Shown piece after piece: positions 12,947-24,600 of a DNA stretch of 64,000 nt. Position 1 is the stretch's first letter, and every line of letters starts with the position of its first letter. The notes under the pieces are model-generated. The model was not told where the DNA came from. It did no database searches and worked only from the letters and a program-made list of their open reading frames with translations. Source of the DNA: Phoronis australis (lineage: Eukaryota; Animalia; Phoronida); NCBI GenBank assembly GCA_002633005.1, contig NMRA01000758.1, positions 100,032 to 164,031 on the forward strand, given 5' to 3'. Both the position numbers and the translations under genes were made by a program.

Positions 12947-13233
12947 CAGGGGTCAGTTTCATGAAATTGACTTAAGACAAAAATTTGTACATGTGCTACC
13001 ATTTCACAACTGCTGAAAAATGGTTTAGCCGAGCAATTATAAAAGCATCAAAATCTAAAAATAATTTGCATAAATTACCTCAGTAGCCTAACGAGCAATT
13101 GTGTGCATAATTTCAGACACATTGCACTTTAGCTAAAGTGAGATTATAATTACCTTTCAGAAACAGTTGTGACGAGCGTAAGACCAAATTTCTGATTTAA
13201 TTCTAAAGACACGTTTCATGAAACAGAAAACAG
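12947..13233. mobile_element. MITE in putative 3' UTR of nested gene
   Basis: caggggtcagtttcatgaaa ... tttcatgaaacagaaaacag imperfect TIRs. Confidence 0.4.
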
Positions 13234-13340
13234 ACGCGTGGGCAAGAATAAGTACACAACCACTTTCAATCTACATCAGTTTAACCACTAAGACAGGAGG
13301 TTCATAACTGAAATGAGGTTTAGGCAAAAAGAGCACGTTA

Positions 13341-13577
13341 AAATCTCACCAATTTCGGACAAAAATTATTGCTATAATTACTTATTATTCAATGTCTCTT
13401 AACATTGATGTAAATGACTCCTTTTTTTTCAAAAGCTTGTCGTTAGTGGCTGTGGTACAGAGCTTGAACAAGGCACAACATTAGTTTGGTGCAATGTACT
13501 TTTATGGAAGAAATGAGAAAATTGAGAAAATAAACTTCAATTTGCCCGCCACCTTAAGTCCTGAATTGGTGAGACTT
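13341..13577. mobile_element. MITE with ~20-bp TIRs
   Basis: aaatctcaccaatttcggac vs reverse complement aagtctcaccaattcaggac. Confidence 0.55.
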
Positions 13578-15279
13578 CAGTGAAATGGTCAGTTAATGTT
13601 CTGGAATAGAACAATGTCTCAAGACTGAGACAGATTTGGATCAACTGTTAAAATACAACATGATCTCATTCAGCTTGGAACATCGCATGAAAACCATTAT
13701 GAAAACAAGAGTGATAAGATGATAGAGGGCGCCACTAATGAAGTGCTCCCTCTCAGTCATCTAGAAATACAACACATCACTAATTGATGAAACAGTTCAA
13801 ACAATAAAAGTACCAATAATATTCAACTGAATTAAAAGGGACCACTAAATAAAGGAGTACATAAATATGCATTTGATACGTGTTGTAAGTTCTAGTTTTA
13901 GGCCAAAGTAATGACAGAAAATAGCACTTTGGCATGAAGCAATGTCAAACTTACGACACGCACACCCACACATTTTGTTTCCTTTCCACTGATGATGGTG
14001 TGACTTAAAACAACACATTGAAATGGGGATAGGTATTTTCTGTCGTTGTTCAAAACCAACAGCACCTATACTCTGTTGATATATGTCGGTTTGATTTTTC
14101 TTTAAAATTTGCATAGTCTTCATCAGGACTCTTGCTCTTTGTAAGAAAAGACTGGCTTGGAAAGAGTTTATTAGTCATATGCAGCCATTGTATTTCCTGT
14201 TCTTTGATAAGAGAGGGGTGTGAGAGTTGAGAGATATGTGAATCGGTTTGGAGAGTCAAAATTGTCAGTGATATTGGTGACTCACATAAAATAAACATGT
14301 GTAGAGTATGAGATGATACAGTGTTACATTAGTGTAAGGACGAATTAAAAATAGTAATTATATCATGTGGCAGTCACATGCATTAATGGTGTTCGGACAT
14401 CATGTGGCTGTCGCATGTACTTTGCTCACATATCATGTGACTGTCACATGTACTAATTGACCTATCGCAAGCTCTGCCCCCTTGCAAAAAGTCGACAAAC
14501 AAACAATAAGTTTTACCCAGCAACATGTTGTTTGTCGGGTAAAATGAGGACTTGGAAATGAATGTGTGTCAAGAACGATGCGTTCTGATTGGTCAGTTAA
14601 GCCGTCACTCAAAATCCTGCTGATAGGTCAATTGTGTTCAGGCTGACTGACAGTCAAAATTAAACAGAGGAAATTTAATAATATTAAGCAATAATGTAAG
14701 ATAGGATTGTTGTGTTTACCTAAGTGCGCTTGTATGTAAAACTATGGTTGTAACAGCTCTTAAAAAGGTGGATGGGTACAAGGCACTGTGCTCTCGGTAT
14801 TAACTTGTTTTTTAAGACTAACACTGAAACCTTTAAATGGTACTTACATTTTGATTGAGAGCGTTATTGTTTCTGTTATTACATTTTTCACATATGAAAG
14901 TAAAGTATACCATTTATTTATTTATTTAACATATTAAAATGTATTTATGATAGTATATGTTATTATTCTCATTTCGTATTTTGAAGTTTGACCGTGAAAC
15001 TTACAACACATTCATCACATCAAAGCTATATGCTGCACATGCTTTCTAAATCATTGGTGCACAACTTCTAACATGCAGCAGTGTTCACTAACATGTCACT
15101 GTGATTTGAGCACCCCCTTTTGGGCAGAAGAAAACACCCATTGCAGTCAAATGACCACAATACGTTCACACACTAACACATCTACACGTGCTCACACAAA
15201 ACCTGCAGCCAGAAAGTGCCATTGGGAATTGTGATTTCAACACTAGACCCAACAAATTGTATTGCCTAAAGCTGAAATG

Positions 15280-15400
15280 AACTGCAGTGAGCAGACCTTC
15301 AAATGCAGAGGGCAGATCTTCAACTACAGAGGGCAGATCTTCAACTGCAGTGCACAGACCTTCAACAGCACAGGGCATATATTCAACTGCAGAGGGCAAT
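15280..15400. repeat. 21-bp tandem repeat, ~5-6 copies
   Basis: unit cttcaactgcagagggcagat. Confidence 0.85.
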
Positions 15401-15516
15401 AGAATTTCTGCTTGTGGCAGTTTTAACTGTGGACATGCAGCCCTCAACTGCCGTACGGTGGTTTATGGCAGCAGTCAACCCCTAGCATGTGCACCTCGCA
15501 CAAAAATTTGGCTTAC

Positions 15517-15642
15517 CTTGGGTTCATGACCAGCCGTCTAAAGAAGTAGGTCCACGTGATGTAGTCCATGGCATCTTGCTTGGATTTGATGGTCCCAGCC
15601 ACGATCTCAGCATTCATGTGATCCGGCAGCACCCCTAACAAG
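15517..15642 (-). CDS. ASCC3: ASCC3 coding exon 30, last in window (LPDHMNAEI...FFRRLVMNP)
   Basis: ends ag|gtaagc, strong phase-2 donor. Confidence 0.95.
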
Positions 15643-18600
15643 CTGCACAAAAACAGGGTAAGGAAATGCACCTCAAGGTTGTGTAACAAAAACACATGAG
15701 CATACAGTGAAGCCAGCTTAATGTCATAACCTCAGTTTCAACATAAATTATGATATAAGTCATTAAGTGGGTTTCGACTTGGTGGTGATCGTAACTATTC
15801 TTCCAAGCTAATCATGTTAAGAGGAGAGTCTCAGAGTAAGGCAGGTAAACAGGAAAATTACTGAAGTTTACCCTCAGCGCTAAAAACCAATAAGACAAAT
15901 GAATTTAAGATGAATTAGGTTGATTTTTAGACAGAAAACCAACGACACACAAGTGACCATATTCGGAATATGACGATAAATCATGACATGATGCACTTAT
16001 TTTACATGAATGATTCGGGTTTTTTGACATTTCATGACAATAAGCAGGCTAGTGTATTATTCAGTACAGTATGACATTAAGTGGTGTCCACTGTACTAGA
16101 AAATCCAGGTAGTCAACAATACCTACAACTATTACACAAAAGGAACAATAAATTTGCTCATTATGACATCTATTGGTCACAAATCATATTCACAACAATT
16201 TCTTCTTCACAGTAAAGAGTTCTTTCCCGACAGCAGTTTGAACCTGTCCTGGTAGTTATGTTGATTAGGTTTAACTTTTACAAGCAATAGCTGCACGCTT
16301 ACGTATGTCCTTGTTCAGAGACATCATGTGAAATGAGTGAAGACAATGGCATGAAAAGCACTCCTGTACATTGTCCATTGTTTTAGAAAAGTATATCCTT
16401 GTTATCTTTCTTTAAAGCATTTGATGCTAACATGCAAAAAGGGATGTTAAAAAAAATCAAAGGATCTCGAAATTAGACTTGCATGTTTCTCTTTTTTGCT
16501 TCTAGTCTGAATTATCATACAGCAATTAGCAGTGAAGTAGATGAATGGTTGATATTGCAACAAAAACCTAACCAGATGAGAGTCAATATTAGATGGAAGT
16601 TAAGTACTCTAGTCTTTCATTTATGTGTTATCCTCAGGTCAGATGATTGTTACACCGTAACACCTACAAAGCACGATATGTATTATGATGCGCGCTCAGA
16701 AAACTTAAAAATAGGGAATAAATCACCTGGACTCCACAGGGAAAGGCTCATACAGGAACTTCTTGTAGAAATGTTTCTTGATGTCATGAACAAGAATGAC
16801 TGCCACGCCCTGGTCATCAAATTGTGGCCGTCCCGCCCGGCCCATCATCTGGAGCACATCTGTTGGTGGCGTGAGATGTTAGTGCAGTGTATTAAAATAC
16901 AGTAAAACAGATGTAAGTACCATGTGCACGAGTCAGATTTGCGATTAACAATTAAAGACAAAATTCCACCAAATAAGTCGACTTAACCTTACTTATAAAA
17001 TCTCTCTGTCTTGTTTTTCCTTTTAATGTGATTTTTAACTGTTGTTTTGAAATAAAAAATGTCTGTGTATGCCCTAAATATAAGTCTGATATTATTTTGG
17101 TTGGTTATGAATTAAAGAGCTTGTTTTGATAACGTCATGGTATTGCGATCAGGACCATTCAAAAGAATCAGATAAATGTCATGAACTAAATATTGGTTTT
17201 CAGTGTCTGTTGGCAACGGAAATCAAGTTCTATTTTTGTAAGGATTATTATGAGACCAATTTATGAATTTAACAGGCTTAACACCATTTTCCATTTTTTG
17301 GCAGCTTAACAGGATGAAACACAGCTTTAACAGCATTAAATCATAGTCCCTCCATTTGGTGACAGACAGGCAGATCTTGCACCAGGTGTCCGTTTACTCA
17401 ACAAAGCCGTAACAAACACAACCATACCGACCTGTAATTGGGAAGTCCACATAGCGGCATAGCTTGCCATCAAAGTACTCTGTACCCTTGACAACCACCA
17501 GGTGAGCAGGGAAGTTGACACCCCAAGCTAAAGTACTGGTGGCAACTAACACCTGGTAAAGAACACAAATTTTTTTTAAACAACATTGTAAAACAAAGTA
17601 TACTTCTAAGACAAACAGTACATTCCTTATATCTTTAACAGGCATTGTCTGAATAAATTGCCAAAAGAATTTATAGGCACAACTTCCTTGAAGCTATACA
17701 GAGCACTGTCTCACCAGTTACCAACTTCTGAATCAAACGAAGTAAAATAAGAATTACGCAGTTCATAAGCTAGATGGCTCCATTCCAACCACAGCGTAAC
17801 AAGAAAATAAGAAGTGTTTACTCGTCCTATATCACGGCTCGACTTTTGCCGTGTGTTGAAAATTAAAACTGAAACAATAAATATTCATCACAGTGAGAAA
17901 TGGGATGTCCCAAGGTAATAGCCGTGTTACCAAAGCAGCACTTAATAAAGCTTTGAAGTGTCCAGGTTGGTGTCACCACAAAGAATTTCTGAGATTCAAA
18001 GATGTTGACGGTGTGCTCACCACTAAGTAATAGTTTATGGCAAACATTCAGTCTGAGGTTTATTTGTCTATAGTACACGAAGTGGCTGATGTACCTCTCT
18101 GTGTGCAATCACACAAATCGCTAGTTTGGGTGCATGTCCAATCTCAACAATCCGATATTTTCTTGATTGAAAGTCTAAGGCACACCCGCTCCTTTGTGAG
18201 TTTCCCAATTCAAACACTCTCGGCATTTACTAGGGGAAATGTGGAAAATAATATTAAGTTCTTGAACAATACACAGTAGCTGGTTGTTCATTTTCTATTA
18301 ATGTGGTAGCCTAATGCAATATTGGTTCACCTGTATCTTGGAGTTGACAAACAATTCTTCCACTGTCTTCCTGTCCCGCTCATGAAGACCAGCGTGATGG
18401 ATGCCAATACCGAAGGCCAGGGTGAGCTTCAAGTTGGCGTCATGAATGCCAGCTATGATGTTCTCCATCTACAACAATCAGTCATTACCAAGAGAAAATG
18501 TCAAGCACTAGCTCAATTTTGCACAAAATAAAATCTTGATGAAAAGAAACGACACACAGACGCACCTTTGCACAACACATTGACAGAAAGTCAGTGTCCT

Positions 18601-21600
18601 ATTGTTCTAAATCAAATATAATACAATTGCTCAGAGCACCACACAGCTTTGTCATGCATAATTACACACTGCTTTCGTTTTAAAGGAACTCTGCACTGCT
18701 TTATAACTGTTCCTCTCCTGGTAAAAGTTCCCACAAATTTTCCCTACATTCCCGCACATACCTCAATCTCCGGGTTGTGTAGCCATTGTTTAGGGTTGTC
18801 CTCAGCAGCTAAGAAGGCAATCAGGTCAAGAGCCGTGAGTCTAGTTTGGCGACGAGATGACACAAACACCAACGCAGGCTTAGCAGGGGAGTGGGTACGA
18901 ATGGCTGAAAATGATCAAACAGACCAGTAACAATTCTGATCATCTATGGAAAAGGTTTCATGGCTTACAAACAACTGAGTAGCAAAATACAGCTAGACGA
19001 AGGCTGGCTTACTTTTGATGGCAATACATTTTGACTCTACTGGTCAAATGTATTCACTCTTCCCACCTGTATGGCACTCAGATACACTGATGTTTCCATA
19101 CACCCTTGGCAACTTAGAACCATTCAGTGGAAGTACTAGCAAGGCAATAGGAAGAATGAAACACAGTAACGTTCCCTGTACTTTCAGTAATTGTGAAGTT
19201 TGCTACCCAATTTTAATTTTAAAAATTCAAGTCTCAAATTCTTTATACAAGAATTGCTTATATACCAGAATCACTAGCTTATTTCAACAGACCAGTCACC
19301 ATATGGTAAATCACCAGGCAACTTTTGGATAAAATTATCACAATATAGTTGACTGCTGCAATTTGTCGCTTGTTTTCATAAATATTTTGTGTGGTTTGAA
19401 TCGTGTATCTAATACCACCTGAAAGTTGGGTACATTCAGGTCTCACCTTGAAAGGTCGGTTTATTCATGGTAGCCATTCTTGGGCAATAGTGTTTGCCAG
19501 GGAACCCGTTGATGTGAACCTCAAGGGGCACAGGGCGCACTGAGGGGCGGAAGTTGAACAGGCCCATCTGAAAAGGCACACAAAACTGATCACGTGTTAT
19601 AGAACCTAATCACTTGCTAAAGTAGTAAACAAGTTCAAGGAACACAGACTGAAACACCCACAATGTTAAAATGCCCCTCACATTGATACTTTGATAAACT
19701 ACCTCAGTAAAGTTTTTAGACTGAAATGCTTTTGGGAGGTATGTGCATGATAACCAGAGATTTCAGAAGTCTCAAATTAAAAACAATGTGAAAATGGATA
19801 TTAATTTCTGTATAAGCATTGACCAGGGCTATTTACAGTCCGTACCTGTTTAATACTCAACCAATCTGCCAGGTCATGTGTACTGACCAGTAATATTTAC
19901 TGTCCATGCCTGCTCAATGGTCAACCAATTTGCCAGGTCACATGTTTTTATCAATAATATTTACAGTCCATACCTGCTTAATGCCCAACCAATCTGCCAG
20001 GTCACGTGCGTTGGCCAGTGCTGTTGACAGTCCGACCACACGTACTTGAACACCAGTGTGTGAAGAGATGAAGTTAGTACGTGATACAACTACTTCCAGC
20101 ACAGGACCACGGTCAGCACCTAACGATTACATGTGAGATGTTATCCGACAAACATTCAGAAACTAAGAGGACGATTCCACAGTATTTGTCACCTCCTATA
20201 TAAAAAACTATCGAGTAATCAAGTATCTGTTAAACTTGTTGGACAAGTTGACTTTCGATTGTTTTTTCCCTATAGTGACAAATGTATAGTGAGGATAAGA
20301 CTCTTTCTCAACAGAACTTAGAGAAAATAAACACCACTGAGTATCTTTGTGCGTAACAAAAAAAAAAATGCAAAGGAATCATTCAATATTGGAAAGGACG
20401 AGTATGCTTGTGCCTTAGGAAACACAAAAATTCTTCTCCTCGTTTGACACTACTTTTCGCCAACCAACCCCTCACCACTAATACCTCGCCATTAAGTGGA
20501 ATGAGTGATTTCCAGTAATAAATAATGAATTATCTCCCTCTGCACTAGCAATGAACAAGATCTTAGTCACAACAAGGGCACTACTTGATCTCATCATGAA
20601 GACTGCTAACTTATAAGACCATCCAGCAGCAGAGTGCTTGAATGAGTTGAAATTGATTCTAACTGAGAAGGCAATTTATTTTCTTTCGGCCTCCTGAGAA
20701 GAATTTCATGCGATATTCAATTATTTTAAGAGGAAACGCAGCCTCAAAACCATACAATAATCATGTTGTTTACACCTTCATGTTGTTTAAGCTGGATATG
20801 ACCTACATACCAAGCAGATGTATTTCATCAATGACCAGTAAAGCTACTGCCTGCACATAACCCCTGGTCTGCCAGCTACGAGAGATACCGTCCCACTTCT
20901 CAGGGGTGGTTACAATCAGGTCGGCACTGGCTACAGCTCTCATGTCAGGTGTAACATCACCTGTCAGCTCAACCACTCTGTAACATACCAATATACAATG
21001 ATGTCAGGTACAACGCTCATGTAAGAGGTACCATAATACAAGTTTAACTACTCTGTAATACACCATCAAACAATGACTACAGTCTGCACTTACTTTCCAA
21101 TGATTCCCCACATTCCATAAACAATCATTGTCATAAAATAACCTAACTACTCCTCACTACTGTATACATCAAGTTCATTGCCATAAAATAACCTAACTAC
21201 TCCTCACTACTAACTACTCCTCACTACTAACTACTCCTCACTACTAACTACTCCTCACTACTGTATACATCAAGTTCTTGCCAACATGTTACAACACATT
21301 ACAACTACTATTGATCATTTTCACTCTCCCACCTTTTGCCCAGTTTCTCTTCCAATCGTTTCTTCCAGTCTTCAATTCTTTCTCTAACCAATGCCTTCAG
21401 AGGAGCAATGTACACAGCCTGCAACAGATGTCACACCTGTTACTGATTACAGTAACAGCAACTGATTACACTAACAGTATATACAAAACCCATCAGCAAT
21501 AATTGCTAACCTAACTAAAACAAAAAATGCGAACAGAATTTCAATAAATCATAAGTTCACGTTTTGTACATAAGATACAACAAAAACCCCAATAAAGCAG

Positions 21601-24600
21601 GAACAATTATGACAATCAGCGCATTTTGTACAAAATCTCTGCAAGTCCAACCTTTGCCTTAGGTTGTTCCCTGAAGACCCTGAAGATAGCCATCTCAGCA
21701 GCCACCGTCTTGCCTGAGCCTGTGGGTGCTCCAAGCAGTACATTACAGTCAGTGTGGTAAAGAGTGTGGAAGATCTGGGTCTGTATAGGGTTGAAATGAG
21801 TGAAGCTATAAAGAGCCTCCAGTTGGGGGTCATCTAGCGCAGACTTGGGCAGTGGCTCCAGGTCCAGCAGGTCTGTAACAGGAAGTGGCTATGTGGACTG
21901 TGGTCATTATATAGTCAGTTACAATATGTGAAGAGCTGTCCCTAACATACAGCAGACATACTAACTAGTTTAAAATTATAATTAGACATGTTCTCTTTAT
22001 GTCTCCATTCACAACAAATCCAAGGAAAGTTCATTATTGATACATTTGACAAATAAAGGTAGAACTTTCATGTTTTACTCACACAGACACTGACGGGTGT
22101 GATGTCACAAAGTTAACACAAATTCAAAAAAACATGATTTTTGAGCAAACATAAAATTGGCACAACACATTGATTCAACTTCAACTGCAAATATGTTATA
22201 GCACTGGTCTCATACTTTAAAAAGTTTTTTTAATCCCATTCCATATATTATAATTACACTACTTTAACAAATCTATAATTGAATACAATGAAAACATGTG
22301 ATCTCTCAACAATTTCAACTAAATGTCGATGAGATCAACACAGCAGCATTACCTGTGTGTGGTGGGTGTCTCTCAGGTAAGATCAGGTGTTGAAATGATA
22401 TGGCGCACATGGAGCTCGCCCCTAGCCACCTGTCTGACTCCGCCCTCACATAGTACTGGGTAGGGAGGGGCTCAAAGATGGGTATAGTGAACACCAGGTG
22501 TTGGGGCTCCTGATTGACCACCTGTAGGAAAGATGAACAGATGAGGACAGATGATGTCCAGGATACATACATTCTAAAATCAATATGCCTGGATGCACTG
22601 ATCCACAGCTGACTAACCAAAGTATTAAGCACCTGTCCACTCAATTGTTTCTCAATCTTATTAATAGGCAACTTGAAACTCAGTAGGCTGCATTAGTGTA
22701 TCAAGGGTTCTGGCCACAGAAATGCATGAATTCGGGTAGTCACGTGGGACTTTCATTTTCCGATAAACTGTCTGCTCACAAACTATTCAGATGATCAAAA
22801 GAGCAGTCTTACTTAACTACCACCATTTAGTGAGTACCTAGTCCTATATAAAAAGTTAATAGAACTTGAGGCTTGCAAGTCTGATCCACTTTCTTTCGCA
22901 CCTTTGTATGTACCTTGAGTGTCAACAGCAGCAAAAGTGCTTCATTCACTACAAGGTTTGTTATTCCGACATCTCACCTAACTATGTCATTACCACAATT
23001 GGTACCTTAGTTTCAAAGCCACTTGTCGAAACTCAAGACTACTGAATAGAGGTTTACTTGCACGTTTAGTTTATATTATACAAGCCACCATAGAGAAATC
23101 TTAAACACCAGGAACATAAATGAAAACTTTTGAATCTCTTGCATCTACCGAAAAGCATCTGTTGGTGCTAGCTAAGTAAATTACTTTTTGGAGATAACAG
23201 TGTAACTACAAAATAAATTAAAAGTATCTAATATTTAATGGGATACTTGCAAAACATGTCAACTGCTCACATGGTACTGAAGACCACTACTCAATGCTGC
23301 CATTTTGTTGTGTACACAGGTACTTCTCCTTTATAGTGGGAAATACAGGATAACGTCTTTGAGTTGATGGAAAGAACATATCATTGTGTAATAGAATACT
23401 TGAGACACCAGAACAGCAATGTACCACTGTTTTCAGGTACAGGGCAATAAGAGTTTCAGGCTTTAAAATAGTAGTCACCGTCCTATTGACTCTCTACATA
23501 AGATGTTTCATAAAAGCCACAATACATACACTTTTCTTGGTTAGCATGAAGTATTCAGAGTGATACATATGGTTGTTGTCAGGATCCTCCACCCAGATCC
23601 AGAACGACTCGGAAGTCTTGCCATGCACCCTGTCATTCCAAAGGAACTGTGCAGTGATGGTCAGGCTAACTCTTAGTACCGTGCGTGTGATTGGCTGAAT
23701 TGTGGCCTCAAGTTCCAGGTCAGGAATTTGATTGACACACTCTTTGACACGCCCACCCATGCGCACATGATGTATCAGGTGACCTAAACATCAATGTATA
23801 AAACATTTCAAAATTATACAAGGAAGTTACATCCGATAAAAAAGACATATTTTAAAGTGACAAATGAGTTAAAAACTTGTGCTTGATGTTGAAATTGGTA
23901 ACTTGCCAGGTCAGTTGTAGAGATGATTAGTTTATTTAGAGACAGAAGTTTTTGCCGGGAACCAATCAAAGGTCTTCGTCCACAGACCCACCTCATCTGG
24001 TGAGCATCAAGACAATCAATGAAAGTTTACTATTGTGGAAACGATATCAAGCCTACAAGCACGTCTTAATAACAAGCATGTCTATAAAGTTTCAGCCTAA
24101 GCTTCCCAGGTGGAGAGCACGTCTTAATAATAAGCAGATCATTAAAATTTAATAATCAAGTTTAAGCTTCCCAGGTGGTGAGCATGTCTTAATAATAAGC
24201 AGGTCTTTAAAATTTAATAATCAAGTTTAAGCTTCCCAGGTGGTGAGCATGTCTTAATAACAAGCAGGTCTATAAAGTTTAATAATCAAGTCTAAGATTC
24301 CCAAGTGGTGAGCACACGAGACTATTCACCAATTTCATTGGCTTCCATTTCCTTCAGTCGACTAACAGTCAACTTGTGTCTCTCAATCTTTCCCAGTATT
24401 TCTGGTGACAAAGTGGCAAACTGTCGCAGAGGATTCTCAAAAGCCCAAAGTCTTTTATCGACCACTTTACTGAGTGTGAGTAGGCGACCAGCCATTATTG
24501 GCCAGCCTTTACGAAGGACTATCTCAAACAAAGCTCTCAGAATCCTTGCGGAGTTCTAAAAAAACATGAAATGAACATTATTTTACACTTAAGTTTCAGC

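Noticed and set aside
15513-15519. ASCC3 ending at NPR* as a truncated protein
   Set aside because: The stop lies in a consensus ag|gtaagc donor at a phase-2 boundary; splicing onward is more parsimonious.
15166-15529. Overlapping ORFs with heptad-like periodicity
   Set aside because: Produced by a 21-bp intronic tandem repeat.
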